Of a DNA stretch of 52,003 nt, positions 1 through 9,963 are shown piece by piece (the stretch's first letter is position 1; the number at the start of each line of letters is the position of its first letter). The translations under genes and the position numbers were made by a program. The notes under the pieces are model-generated. The model was not told the DNA's origin and made no database searches. It saw nothing but the letters and a program-made list of their open reading frames with translations. Source of the DNA: a virus (Duplodnaviria > Caudoviricetes); IMG/VR virus record IMGVR_UViG_3300032163_000019, positions 1 through 52,003 of that record, one strand, 5' to 3'.

Positions 1-92
1 AAAACTGGTCCGTGGATTATGCGTTTGATCCGCTTGATGTGACGGACTATCAGAGTGACGGGGTGCGGGAGGTTATCGCCGGGCGGTCTCAG
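1..92. repeat. Terminal overlap identical to 51912..52003 (circular or circularly permuted assembly)
   Basis: The first 92 nt equal the last 92 nt, and a reading frame continues across the join. Caveat: the same sequence also occurs internally at 51093. Confidence 0.9.
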
Positions 93-308
93 TGGTCTGG
101 ATCGTTTGACGGCGATAAAGACGGGGCCCCGTTGTCCGTTGGCGTCATTGTTTATGTCGCGTTAAATGAGGATAAATCATCTAATGCGGGTACGTGGGTA
201 GGCCAGGCGTTGTTGACTGGGATTAGCGCGGCGGCGCCCTCCGATGGAGTGGTGACGTACAGCTATAAGTTTGAGGGTACGGGACCTCTTGAAATACCCA
301 CGGCATAA
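1..308 (+). CDS. 3' part of the second tail-tube-like protein (gene starts at 51416 and spans the junction, 267 aa in total)
   Basis: In frame with the ORF from ATG 51416; near-identical to the C-terminal part of 51029..51400 (NWSVDY...WSGSFDG...VVTYSYKFEGTG). Confidence 0.85.
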   Translation, partial: NWSVDYAFDPLDVTDYQSDGVREVIAGRSQWSGSFDGDKDGAPLSVGVIVYVALNEDKSSNAGTWVGQALLTGISAAAPSDGVVTYSYKFEGTGPLEIPTA

Positions 309-311
309 CGT

Positions 312-620
312 ATGGCGTATGCCGGGGAGGGCGAGTATGGAATTCTCCGAGTAAACGGTAACGTAATCGGAGGGTTTATACAGTGGGGGATAGGGATAAC
401 AATTTCGCAAAAACTCGCTATCCCGCATAAATGGAAGGCGTCGGCCAGGTCATGGTTACTAATGGAGGTAGTCGAAGGCAACCTTTGCGAGGCGTCGTTT
501 TACAAAATACAGGAGGATAAAGAAATCTTGTTGAGTAAAGAAAATGTTACTTTCGTTTGTGGTTCAAACGAAAGAGGGAAATGGGTTAACAGCCTATTTG
601 AAATGTATAAAACGGAGTGA
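312..620 (+). CDS. Small tail protein, possibly a divergent tail-tube-fold paralog
   Basis: Lies between tube and chaperone; N-terminus GEYGILRVNGNVIGGFIQW echoes GKSGAVTVAAGEVNGIKNW of the tube protein. Confidence 0.5.
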   Translation: MAYAGEGEYGILRVNGNVIGGFIQWGIGITISQKLAIPHKWKASARSWLLMEVVEGNLCEASFYKIQEDKEILLSKENVTFVCGSNERGKWVNSLFEMYKTE

Positions 621-1108
621 TTGAAATGAGCGGTATTTCTAGTAGCGGAAACGGGATAAACGTGGACATTGATTTTGGCGGGAAAATTTATACGATGTCC
701 GCGATGACGATTGGGATTTACAAAAAGATCGCGGGTAAGTTGCAATCGGACAAGCTATCGTTTGTAAGCGGGTTGATTAACGCCATCCCGAAAGACATTC
801 CCGGATACCAAGATATGATTCGCGGGATAATCAAAACTGACGGGAGGAAAGTTACGGACGTTGAAATACGGGATTATCTCGGTACGACGGACGGAGGGAT
901 GTACGCCATGTGGCTTTGTTTTAGTATTAACCATCCCTACTTTACGTTCGACGACTTTATGCGCCTGCTTACGCCTGAAAATATGGATAAGATAAAAATA
1001 GCGCAACTATCGGCCAGTGGCGAGGCCCTGGTTTCAGGTAGTCCGGCGGGAAACGCGGAGGCCGCGGACACAACGGGAAACGCGGGGGCCGGGGTAATCC
1101 CGGCCTAA
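617..1108 (+). CDS. Tail assembly chaperone (lambda gpG-like)
   Basis: Lies between tail tube and tape measure; in-frame G GGA AAC slippery heptamers near the 3' end. Confidence 0.75.
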   Translation: MIEMSGISSSGNGINVDIDFGGKIYTMSAMTIGIYKKIAGKLQSDKLSFVSGLINAIPKDIPGYQDMIRGIIKTDGRKVTDVEIRDYLGTTDGGMYAMWLCFSINHPYFTFDDFMRLLTPENMDKIKIAQLSASGEALVSGSPAGNAEAADTTGNAGAGVIPA

Positions 1109-1365
1109 CTGATTGGGATTTTAACTTCGCGTTATTGAGCCATTGGTATGGGTTTTCCATACCGGACATTGACGCGATGACGTTTGACGCGGTGGATATG
1201 TATTTACAGCAGATATCAAACGTCCACGGTTTGGTTAATGTTAAAAATTTCAGGCCCTCGCGTAAACGTTTATCCGACGATTGTGACGGTAACAAAAGTA
1301 TGACTAAGCATGATATACTAAACTTCATGGTTAATACTATGAAATATTCTTTGCCACAAAAGTAA
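1042..1365 (+). CDS. -1 frame extension of the tail chaperone (gpGT-like)
   Basis: Open -1 frame reading DWDFNFALLSHWYGFSIPDIDAMT, with no good independent start, ending just before the tape measure. Confidence 0.75.
   Translation, partial: SGGKRGGRGHNGKRGGRGNPGLTDWDFNFALLSHWYGFSIPDIDAMTFDAVDMYLQQISNVHGLVNVKNFRPSRKRLSDDCDGNKSMTKHDILNFMVNTMKYSLPQK
1048..1081 (+). promoter_or_regulatory. Two -1 ribosomal frameshift heptamers GGGAAAC (1048-1054, 1075-1081)
   Basis: Both are in X XXY YYZ phase in the chaperone frame; the -1 frame is open from 1042 to 1365. Confidence 0.8.
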
Positions 1366-1368
1366 CGT

Positions 1369-4300
1369 ATGGCGGAAATACTCGGCGAAGCCGTTGTCCA
1401 GGTTAAGGCGGATTTATCCGCCTTAAGGAAAGATTTTGCCGCGGCCCAAGATGATTTGAAACGCGGCGCGAATGAAGTAGAAGCCAGCGTATCCGCCAGT
1501 TACGCGACGTTGGCGGCGAACGTGGCAAAAATAATGGGCGGGGTATTCACCGTAAAACAGGTAATAGACTTCGCCACTGAAAGTGTAAATGCTTTCGCGG
1601 AACAAGAACTGGCTTTGACGAAACTACAGGCGGTAATCACCGCCACGGGCCATGCGGCTGGGTTTACGACGGCGCAACTATCCGCTCAAGCCGGCGAATT
1701 ACAAAAAACTACCGTGTTTGGCGATGACGCTATTAACAGTATGCAGGCGTTACTCGCTACATTCCGTGAAATTAAGGGGGATCAGTTTAGAGACGCGACG
1801 GTTGCCGCATTAAATTTATCCACAATAATGGGGGGCGATCTGCGGGGGGCCGCATTGCAGTTGGGAAAAGCGCTGCAAGATCCGGAACAGGGGTTGATGG
1901 CCCTCCGCCGGTCTGGCATATCGTTTAACGATACCCAGCAAAGCATGATAGTAGGACTAGTAAACGCGGGCCAGATGGCCGAGGCGCAAGCGTTAATTCT
2001 GAAAGAAATACGTACTGAGATGGAGGGGGCCGCAGTCGCCGCTGGGAGTACGTTTGCGGGCGCTTTAGCGATTGCCAAAAACGCGACGGGGGAATTGAGC
2101 GAGCAGTTAGGCGCCCTGCTAGCCGGGGGATTATTGCCCTTTATACAAAGGAATACCGACGCTACTAATAAGCTTACTGAGTCTGGAGATGCGGCGTTCG
2201 CGTTGGCTGGAGTATTGCAGGCGCTATTGGTGCCGTTAAATTATTTAGCTCTTGCGGCAATTACCGTGTCATCCGCGTTTCAAGGCGCGTGGTCAGTTAT
2301 CCGACGTGAGTTTGACGCCGTCGTTCTGGTTGTGTTAGGCGGCATAAATAAACTGATACAGGGATTCGTTTCGTTGGTGAATTTTACTACCCGCGTGGGG
2401 GACGCCGTAAGGTCCGTTTTGCCTAACTTGCGCTTGATCAAAAAAACGCAACAAGACATGGCCGATAGCGCAAAAATGAATAAAGCCGCAAAAGCGTTTG
2501 GCGATTATGTAGCGGGCGTAAAAATGACCGCGGCGGAAAGTGAGAAAAGCACGGTTAAAATCGCCAATGACTGGGTCACATCAGGCATGAGTATAAATAG
2601 ATCATTTAACGCCGCGGCCACGGGTATCGGGGAAGCCCTGTACGGGACTACCGTGGCGTCGAAAAATGCGGCCGATTCGCGAAAAAAACACTTAGACGAC
2701 TTGGCGATAAAAGAAAAAGATTATAGCTGGTTATTGCAAGGACTATCCAAAGTAAATGCGGATGCTATAATCAGCGATGCTAACAAACGATATATGGCAA
2801 GCAAGAAGTTGGGTGAAAAGGAGATGGCTAAGCTGGCCGCTACATTAGCGTTTGCGGGAGATGTGGCGCGGCAAAAAGCTGCGGCTATGAAAGCCGCTTG
2901 GGCTACCACTCCGGGCTTTTTCGCCGATATGGGGGAGAAAATTAAAACGTCATTGAAGGAAATGATGTCTGGCGGAACGGAGGAAGGGGCGGCCTGGGCC
3001 GCTGGACTTATCGCCACTGTAGGGGAAGTCGCCACGGCGACTCAGGCGATAATCAGCGCGGTAACGGACGTGTTATCTGTGGCGAAAGATGTAGCTGGGG
3101 CCATATTGGGGGTAGTTGGCGCGATGGTGGGAGGTGTGGCATCGCTTCCAGGTATGATTATTAGTAATGTCCAATCGATCATTGATTTACCGAAACAGTT
3201 GATGGATGGGATTACTGGTTTTAGCGATAAGTTAGCGGCGGCCCCGAATATTTTGGGGGATTTAACTTCGCAATTGCCGGAATTTCTGGATACGATAATA
3301 GCGGCCGCCCCGGCGTTTATAGAGTCGTTGACTACTAATATTCCGATATTAATTACCACGCTCGCCGAAAAATTGCCGGAATTAATCCCGGCATTTTTGA
3401 GTATAGTAGATGCTTTTTTGCAGGCGCTAGTTGATAATGCCGGTGTGATAGTGGACATGTTTATTACTATAGCTTTAGCTTTCATCGATAAAGTGATAGA
3501 AATATTGCCGACGTTGATCCCGGTATTAATTGACGCGGCCATTAAATTTATTATCGCGCTGATTTCCCGAATACCCGACGTGATAAAAGCGCTGGTTGAC
3601 GCTTTACCGCTGATAATAGACGGATTAATCGAAGCTTTGCCGGCATTTATAGAAGCGATAATTTTAGCGGTCCCGCAAATTATCATGGCGCTTGTTAATG
3701 GCGCCCCAAAAATTATACTCAAATTAATTTCCGCAATACCGGAGTTGATGAGCAAAATGGCGCAAGGTTTTTGGAACGCTATAAGTAAACTCCTCCCGTC
3801 ATGGCTCACTGATATTTTTGGTGGCGGAGGCGCGGATACGCGCTCACAAGTGGAAAAAGCGCAAGCGGAAGTGGCGGGGGCGGAACAACGAGGTAAACTC
3901 GCCATGAAAGGGAGTGAAGAAGCGAAACAAGCGGCCAAAGATTTGGCGGCCGCGAAACAGGCATTAGCGGACGCGCAAGCGGCGGCCGCGGCGGCGCCAC
4001 CCTCAGGTGATGGTACGATTCCCACTACCGATGGCGGAGGAACTGGTGGCGGAGGCGCGGGTGGCGGAGGCGCGGGTGGCGGAGGCGCGGGTGGCGGAGG
4101 CGCGGGTGGCGGAGGCGCTGGTGGCGGAGGCGCGGGTGGCGGAGGCGCGGGTGGCGGAGGCGCTGGTACGATTGACGTTGCGGCGTGGCAAGCTATCGTC
4201 ACCGCGTTAACTGACATAATAGCGAGTCTTAATGCTACTACCAGCGGGATGGCGAGCGTTATGGGGGCCGCGGCCTCTACCATGGCCGATATCCTCGCGG

Positions 4301-4884
4301 CGGCCGCTACTTCCGCGGCCGCTATTCTCACCGCTAGCGGGGAAACGCTATCGATTATACTAGTCACCGGGGTAACGGATATTATCGATAAATTCATCGC
4401 GGGTGCTAAACTATTTGCGCTTACGATGTACGCTGATATGGAGCCGTTGATAAAGGCGTTAGCGATATTGTTTATCGATAAAATTAACGCCGGCATTAAA
4501 CAGGCGATGGATGATTTAGGGATGTTGGGCAACGATATCGCGGAGGTGATTAAGGCCGCCCTCGCTAGCGGCAAAGGCGCCACGTCCAGTTTCGCGGCTG
4601 GGGGCCTTATCGGCGGGTCATGGAACGGCAAGCTGGATACCAGAGGGGACACAGAGTTGGCGCGCGTTATGCCGGGTGAGTTTATCGTACCGCGCACGGC
4701 TGTTAACGCTACCACGTTACCCGCGCTGGAAACAATGCGACGGACGGGAGAAGTGAGTTCTCCAGGACAAGGACGAAGTTCAAATAATATTACCGTAAAT
4801 ATAGGCGGATCGTTGGTGACGGAATCGGGGTTGATTGATTCGATTGAAGAGGCGTTAACTCGCCGGTTGAGATTGGAGCATTGA
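1369..4884 (+). CDS. Tape measure protein
   Basis: 1171 aa, Ala-rich; N-terminal LGEAVVQVKADLS, LGKALQDPEQG region, amphipathic repeats, C-terminal FAAGG...PGEFIV motif. Confidence 0.93.
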   Translation: MAEILGEAVVQVKADLSALRKDFAAAQDDLKRGANEVEASVSASYATLAANVAKIMGGVFTVKQVIDFATESVNAFAEQELALTKLQAVITATGHAAGFTTAQLSAQAGELQKTTVFGDDAINSMQALLATFREIKGDQFRDATVAALNLSTIMGGDLRGAALQLGKALQDPEQGLMALRRSGISFNDTQQSMIVGLVNAGQMAEAQALILKEIRTEMEGAAVAAGSTFAGALAIAKNATGELSEQLGALLAGGLLPFIQRNTDATNKLTESGDAAFALAGVLQALLVPLNYLALAAITVSSAFQGAWSVIRREFDAVVLVVLGGINKLIQGFVSLVNFTTRVGDAVRSVLPNLRLIKKTQQDMADSAKMNKAAKAFGDYVAGVKMTAAESEKSTVKIANDWVTSGMSINRSFNAAATGIGEALYGTTVASKNAADSRKKHLDDLAIKEKDYSWLLQGLSKVNADAIISDANKRYMASKKLGEKEMAKLAATLAFAGDVARQKAAAMKAAWATTPGFFADMGEKIKTSLKEMMSGGTEEGAAWAAGLIATVGEVATATQAIISAVTDVLSVAKDVAGAILGVVGAMVGGVASLPGMIISNVQSIIDLPKQLMDGITGFSDKLAAAPNILGDLTSQLPEFLDTIIAAAPAFIESLTTNIPILITTLAEKLPELIPAFLSIVDAFLQALVDNAGVIVDMFITIALAFIDKVIEILPTLIPVLIDAAIKFIIALISRIPDVIKALVDALPLIIDGLIEALPAFIEAIILAVPQIIMALVNGAPKIILKLISAIPELMSKMAQGFWNAISKLLPSWLTDIFGGGGADTRSQVEKAQAEVAGAEQRGKLAMKGSEEAKQAAKDLAAAKQALADAQAAAAAAPPSGDGTIPTTDGGGTGGGGAGGGGAGGGGAGGGGAGGGGAGGGGAGGGGAGGGGAGTIDVAAWQAIVTALTDIIASLNATTSGMASVMGAAASTMADILAAAATSAAAILTASGETLSIILVTGVTDIIDKFIAGAKLFALTMYADMEPLIKALAILFIDKINAGIKQAMDDLGMLGNDIAEVIKAALASGKGATSSFAAGGLIGGSWNGKLDTRGDTELARVMPGEFIVPRTAVNATTLPALETMRRTGEVSSPGQGRSSNNITVNIGGSLVTESGLIDSIEEALTRRLRLEH
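4045..4164 (+). repeat. 15-bp tandem repeat x8 (GGTGGCGGAGGCGCG) encoding (GGGGA)8 in the tape measure
   Basis: Read directly from the sequence. Confidence 0.95.
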
Positions 4885-4888
4885 CACA

Positions 4889-5980
4889 ATGGCGGTAGGT
4901 AAATGTAGGTTTTTGTATGATGATTTAGTGGTGAAACCTGCGACGATAATCACGCCGAACTCATGGAAACGCGGCCAAATACTGGCGCCATTAAAAAGCG
5001 GTACGGGATCGGCCATCCTCACTCCCGAAGGTATTTATTCTTACGGAAACGACCTGGAATATACCATCGTAATTGATTCTATCACCGCGGGGACGGGAAT
5101 AGGACAGGCCACCTACAAATGGAAAACAAGCCAGAATAGTGGGTGGGCGGCGTCGGGGGTGGCCACATCCTCGGTAGCTACCGCGCTAAATAACGGAGTT
5201 ACCATCAAGTGGACGGCGGGCGGAACTTTTGCGTTAAACGATACTTGGTATTTTAAGGCGATAAACCGTTTTTCCGGAGAGAAACTTAGAGATTATAACA
5301 GGGACACATCGTACAGGTCAGGCGATGTAACGGGGACAAAAACGATAGTATTCGACATGATGTCGGCGATGTCCGCGAACAGTATAATTATTTACGATCA
5401 TAACTTTACGTCCGCCGCTACTATAACGCTAGAAGCTAACGCTACCGATAGTTGGGGGACGCCCGCGTTTACGGAAACGATACCATGGGCCACCTTAAAA
5501 ATACTGCGGTATCTGGCGGCCACGCCTTCGTACAGATATTTCCGCTTATCTATTACGGATAGTAGCAACCCGGATGGGTACATTGAAATAGGGGAACTGT
5601 TTTTAGGGGAGTATATGGAATTGACGCGGACGGCGCTCCCGCAATTTTCGCAAGCCATAACGTTGGCTATAACGGAAGGGCGGAACAGGTACAACGCGGT
5701 CAGGAAACGGTTTCATAATTTTATTAATCGGTTTGACGGTACGCTACAGTTTTTAACGGACGCCGATATCGTAAAGTTGGATGCGCTGGTGAGCGGGATA
5801 GCGGATAGGGAACTGGAAACGATCCGTCCGATATATTTTAATTTAAACGCTAATGATACTAGCGTGTTTCATTTAATGGAATGGGTATCTTACGATAAAC
5901 GGTTGATAGAGCGGAGTGCGAACGTAAATTATTATGCGGTGTCGCTTACATTGAGCGAAGCCAGTAGTAATAAGAGCTAA
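4889..5980 (+). CDS. Tail tip (distal-tail-like) protein with a beta-sandwich, discoidin-like insert
   Basis: Follows the tape measure; YRYFRLSITD...YIEIGELFLG motif. Confidence 0.65.
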   Translation: MAVGKCRFLYDDLVVKPATIITPNSWKRGQILAPLKSGTGSAILTPEGIYSYGNDLEYTIVIDSITAGTGIGQATYKWKTSQNSGWAASGVATSSVATALNNGVTIKWTAGGTFALNDTWYFKAINRFSGEKLRDYNRDTSYRSGDVTGTKTIVFDMMSAMSANSIIIYDHNFTSAATITLEANATDSWGTPAFTETIPWATLKILRYLAATPSYRYFRLSITDSSNPDGYIEIGELFLGEYMELTRTALPQFSQAITLAITEGRNRYNAVRKRFHNFINRFDGTLQFLTDADIVKLDALVSGIADRELETIRPIYFNLNANDTSVFHLMEWVSYDKRLIERSANVNYYAVSLTLSEASSNKS

Positions 5981-5983
5981 GCG

Positions 5984-6490
5984 ATGTTGCGTTTTGGGTA
6001 TGAATTTTATAGACGAGTCGTCACGGGGGAACAACCCACTATCTATATAACCGTAACTACCCATGCGGGCATTCGCGTATTCGCGGAAAAACAGCTCAAC
6101 GACCATTTTGATATAGCGTCATTATTGTTAGACGGCTCATTTTTGTTGGGTGGATCGGTTACATTGGGTAGTATGACGGAGTACATGGCGTCGAAAGAGC
6201 CGTTATTAATAGCTTATGACAACATACAGCGCACGATGGCTCCGCGTAAAAAAGATTTACTGAGTGGGTATATGTCAAAACAGCAAAGTTCGTTTACCGC
6301 CGTTTTAAATAATGCGGATAAAGCGCTCGGTAAACTAATGGCCAACGAGCCGTTTATTACGCGGCCACTTGTAGTTTACTTGGGGTATGACGAAATACCG
6401 TATAGCGACCACGTAAAATTATTTAGCGGCGTTATCAACGAAATATTCGTTGATAACATGTCTTTGCGATTAACGGCGGTTGAAAACTAA
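5984..6490 (+). CDS. Tail tip structural protein
   Basis: Context; LFSGVINEI-type hub motif. Confidence 0.55.
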   Translation: MLRFGYEFYRRVVTGEQPTIYITVTTHAGIRVFAEKQLNDHFDIASLLLDGSFLLGGSVTLGSMTEYMASKEPLLIAYDNIQRTMAPRKKDLLSGYMSKQQSSFTAVLNNADKALGKLMANEPFITRPLVVYLGYDEIPYSDHVKLFSGVINEIFVDNMSLRLTAVEN

Positions 6491-6499
6491 ATATTAAAT

Positions 6500-7717
6500 A
6501 TGACGATTCGCCTGGATTCTGTTTTTGTAATGGCTAAAGCCGGACGGTACGCTCAACCGTCACAAACGGGGGATGTACTACCCATAGTATATGGCGATTT
6601 AACGGACGGGATCAAGGGGAACTGGACATTGCCGCGTATTGACGTGGCGAGTAACACGTATTGTTTTGCGGGACACGAAACGTTATCCGTGGCTAACGGA
6701 AACAGCATTAGTATTTACAGTAATGACGTACTGGTTTCCGCGTCGGATTATGCGTTTAGCGCGTCTAATAATTACGCCGGTAAAGGAGTAATTTCCACGA
6801 TTATTTTTTCCACGCCTCCCGCTCAAAACGCTAAAATATCGGCGCGCGGCAAAGGCAAACCATCCGTCAGCGGGGGATCAACGCTGATGGAAAACGTGGT
6901 TGACATGATTTATGATTATATAGTTAACGTTACCGGGGCGGCCAGTATAACGGATTTTGATACGGTATCAAAATCTGTAGCGCGAAATAATTTTGAGTCG
7001 CAGGGCTATACGGCGGCGGGCGTTATAGCGGAGGATGTAGTTGTTTGGGATACCGTGAGCGGTATGATAGCGTCGTTCATGGGGAACGTTTTCGTAAATT
7101 CAGCGGCGCAAATAATTACAAACATTAATACCGGCGCGTTCTCCGGACAAATAGCGGATATCTTCAGCGGGGGAGACGCTGATTTTGTGGGCGCCCGCTT
7201 GCTTGCGATGAACATTATAAACAGGGCCCCGGCATACTATGCGTATAATTACGTCGGTAAACAGTTTAGCGCATATACCAACGATGACTTGCAGGCGGAT
7301 TTAATATCCGCCGTTATCTATGGCGTGTCCCAGCCAATTGATCCGCTTCAACTATTTTTTAACAGAAAATTAGCCGGAGTCAATGCCCTGCAACGATTGA
7401 TAGTATCGGCGCAAGGGGCGCAAGATGGCGTGTGGGAAATTGAGTTTGTGGACAACACGTTAAAACACGCCAACATTGATATAGGCGATTTTATTGTGGC
7501 TAGCGTTGACCTGTTGTACACGCATAACGGGGAGCCGTGGATCAATACCATCTTTAAGGTGCTCGAACTGAACATGGATTTTAACAAAAATACGATACGG
7601 TTTCGCTGTTTGAATACTGGGTATTGGTTATGCGCCGTGGCGCCGTTACTGGACGGGTCATCGTTGTTGGATGGTACGTGGGTATTAGGCGGAGAAAGAG
7701 ACTTGACTTCGTATTGA
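6500..7717 (+). CDS. Baseplate hub / tail tip protein
   Basis: LPIVYGD N-terminal motif and IDIGDFI C-terminal motif typical of tail hub proteins; context. Confidence 0.6.
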   Translation: MTIRLDSVFVMAKAGRYAQPSQTGDVLPIVYGDLTDGIKGNWTLPRIDVASNTYCFAGHETLSVANGNSISIYSNDVLVSASDYAFSASNNYAGKGVISTIIFSTPPAQNAKISARGKGKPSVSGGSTLMENVVDMIYDYIVNVTGAASITDFDTVSKSVARNNFESQGYTAAGVIAEDVVVWDTVSGMIASFMGNVFVNSAAQIITNINTGAFSGQIADIFSGGDADFVGARLLAMNIINRAPAYYAYNYVGKQFSAYTNDDLQADLISAVIYGVSQPIDPLQLFFNRKLAGVNALQRLIVSAQGAQDGVWEIEFVDNTLKHANIDIGDFIVASVDLLYTHNGEPWINTIFKVLELNMDFNKNTIRFRCLNTGYWLCAVAPLLDGSSLLDGTWVLGGERDLTSY

Positions 7718-7731
7718 TTCCGGTATAATAT
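7703..7731 (+). promoter_or_regulatory. Sigma70-like promoter upstream of the tail fibre gene
   Basis: TTGACT-17 nt-TAATAT (overlapping TATAAT), then AAGGA RBS and ATG 7754. Confidence 0.55.
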
Positions 7732-7753
7732 ATTTTATTAAAGGAAACAGGTA

Positions 7754-9103
7754 ATGACGGACACAAACAGGGTAGCGCAATATACGGAAGAGGCGGTAGG
7801 AGCCAATCATCCGTCTAAATCACAAGTGGTTGACCGCCACAGCGGGTATTTCCACGATAACGCGGGACGGCATAAATGGCGGGGTGGATCGAACGTCGCG
7901 TCCGCGGCGAGCATATCTATTCCTGATAATGAAAATTATTTCATAGTCACCGGGGCGGTGACTATCGCCGGGATAGCCGCTACCACGAGCGGAGGATCGA
8001 CTGTAGATACGGGCGTTACCATCAGGCTAAAATTTAATAGCGCATTAACGTTAACGCATAATGCTACGTCGTTTATAATGCCGCCCGGAAAATCGGTGAC
8101 GGTGTTAGCGGGAAGTTTCGCGGAAGCCATACACCTGGGCTCGGGGAACTGGGCTGTTTTATCCGTCGCCGTATTGGTGGCGGGCTGGACGGGGGCGCGG
8201 GAAGGTTTAGTTAGTATTAATAATGCGACTAACCCTAACTACCAGGTGGATATTACGGCGGACACGCTCACAGTCACGAGTACGGGCGGAACGCGCATAG
8301 ATTTAACCGCGGTTAGCCAGACCGTTGACATTACCGCCGTGGGGGTTAGCGGCAGGGATACGTCGGCCGCGGAGATGGTTTCCGCGTGGTATGAAATATA
8401 TATCATCGCCAAAAATGACGGGACGACCGCATCCCTGTTAAAGTTGGCGTCGTTATCCGGCGCGACGACGGGCGTGACCGCCAACAAACTGGTGGCGTCG
8501 GCCGCTTTATTTGTAACTAACGGAGTGGCCGTTGGCGATCTTGTCATGAACGATACTAGTGGTACAACTACCACGGTTTCCGCGATTGATTCCGAAACGC
8601 AACTGGCATTGGCCGCCGATATATTCACGGGGTCTCCCCGTAATTACCGGGTATTTTTAAATCGACTTCCCGTATTGCCCACGGATTATACTTACAAAAC
8701 TTTCATTGGATATCGGTATAACGATTCAGCCGGGAATTTCCGTAAAATCATACAGTTGGGAAACACTATTCGTTTTGACGAACAGGTTACGGATGGAAGC
8801 GCGTTAACGCCATCAACCACCTGGACAACCGTGATTTTATCGATCCCCCCTAAAGCGCGGCAAGCGTTTATGACGGCGTTTGAGCTCGCCGGGGACGCGG
8901 CTAACGCCACGAGTCAGTGGCGAACAAAAGGGAGCGCCGCTACGACTGGGCATAGCATTACTAATATCGTGACGTCGGGAATGCGCGAGGTAAACTCATT
9001 TATGGCGTTAACCGACGTGTACCAACGGGTGGAGGTTAATTTTAACGGTGCTACCTCGAGCATACTATATTTATACACAGACGGGTATATTCTATCCCTG
9101 TAA
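7754..9103 (+). CDS. Tail fibre / receptor-binding protein
   Basis: Thr/Ala/Ser-rich; WYEIYII and LPTDYTYKTFIG motifs typical of tail fibres; end of tail module. Confidence 0.75.
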   Translation: MTDTNRVAQYTEEAVGANHPSKSQVVDRHSGYFHDNAGRHKWRGGSNVASAASISIPDNENYFIVTGAVTIAGIAATTSGGSTVDTGVTIRLKFNSALTLTHNATSFIMPPGKSVTVLAGSFAEAIHLGSGNWAVLSVAVLVAGWTGAREGLVSINNATNPNYQVDITADTLTVTSTGGTRIDLTAVSQTVDITAVGVSGRDTSAAEMVSAWYEIYIIAKNDGTTASLLKLASLSGATTGVTANKLVASAALFVTNGVAVGDLVMNDTSGTTTTVSAIDSETQLALAADIFTGSPRNYRVFLNRLPVLPTDYTYKTFIGYRYNDSAGNFRKIIQLGNTIRFDEQVTDGSALTPSTTWTTVILSIPPKARQAFMTAFELAGDAANATSQWRTKGSAATTGHSITNIVTSGMREVNSFMALTDVYQRVEVNFNGATSSILYLYTDGYILSL

Positions 9104-9123
9104 CGATTGGCGGAGAAACTGAT

Positions 9124-9543
9124 ATGAATTACGTGGTAAGGGTGGCGGACGGGGCGGTAGTCGAGGCGGGAAACAGCCCGTTTGAGCGCAGGTCTTTGGA
9201 CGCTAATTATGTTATTGCCACGGGGCCAGATAATCCCGGAGATATACGGCATTTATACGGAGAAACGGGTAGCGCGGGGACGTTAACTATCCGCAAACGA
9301 TCACAAGCGGAGATTGACGCGCTGTATGTTGCGGATGCGGAGTTAGCGGCCCGGCCAGCCACGGCGTTAATGGTAATAAAAACGCAACTAAAAGCGCTGT
9401 TGGAGGAATCGCCTCAACAAATCATGTCCCGAACGGGAGCGTTAGACGCCGCGGGAGTACGCGCGGAAATAGGCCGCATCGAGGTATTGATAAAGTATTT
9501 AATACCGTCGATTAAACGGACGTTACAGGAGGACGTGGCGTAA
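9124..9543 (+). CDS. Hypothetical protein, possibly tail fibre chaperone
   Basis: GGAG RBS; immediately follows the fibre gene. Confidence 0.5.
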   Translation: MNYVVRVADGAVVEAGNSPFERRSLDANYVIATGPDNPGDIRHLYGETGSAGTLTIRKRSQAEIDALYVADAELAARPATALMVIKTQLKALLEESPQQIMSRTGALDAAGVRAEIGRIEVLIKYLIPSIKRTLQEDVA

Positions 9544-9545
9544 CA

Positions 9546-9953
9546 ATGGGCCATACGAATGCGATGAAAAAAGTAATTATAGTTCGGTCATCCCAGGACG
9601 CCGCCGGTACCGCCGGTTATTTGTTGGGCGACGGTGTTATAGTCGCCACGTTAGAGTTGCCCTGGAAAAATAATGAGCGGGCGGTCTCATGTATTCCTGA
9701 TGGCGATTATGTTTGTTCCCCCAATGATACGGGGGCGCATAAATACTATACCGTGGACAACGTACCCGGCAGGACGGACATTGAATTTCATACCGGGAAT
9801 TACGTTAAAGATTCGCAAGGGTGTATTTTAGTCGGGGAGTACACGCGGAACGTTGACGGCAGTTGGATACTGTACGATTCGCTTGGAGGGATGAACAAAG
9901 TCAGGCGTTTTATCGGTAAAAACCAGTTCATGCTGAAAGTAATAACATTATAA
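9546..9953 (+). CDS. DUF5675-like (L,D-transpeptidase-like) putative endolysin
   Basis: TLELPW...SCIPDGDY...VPGRTDIEFHTGN...DSQGCILVG signature; next to the holin. Confidence 0.8.
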   Translation: MGHTNAMKKVIIVRSSQDAAGTAGYLLGDGVIVATLELPWKNNERAVSCIPDGDYVCSPNDTGAHKYYTVDNVPGRTDIEFHTGNYVKDSQGCILVGEYTRNVDGSWILYDSLGGMNKVRRFIGKNQFMLKVITL

Positions 9954-9963
9954 GGAGGATTTT

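Noticed and set aside
1-92. Biological direct terminal repeat
   Set aside because: It falls mid-gene within an internal duplication, so it is most likely an assembly overlap rather than a physical genome end.
3042-4889. 615-aa minus-strand ORF with poly-Pro repeats
   Set aside because: Antisense shadow of the tape measure gene and its Gly repeat; no RBS or domain signature.
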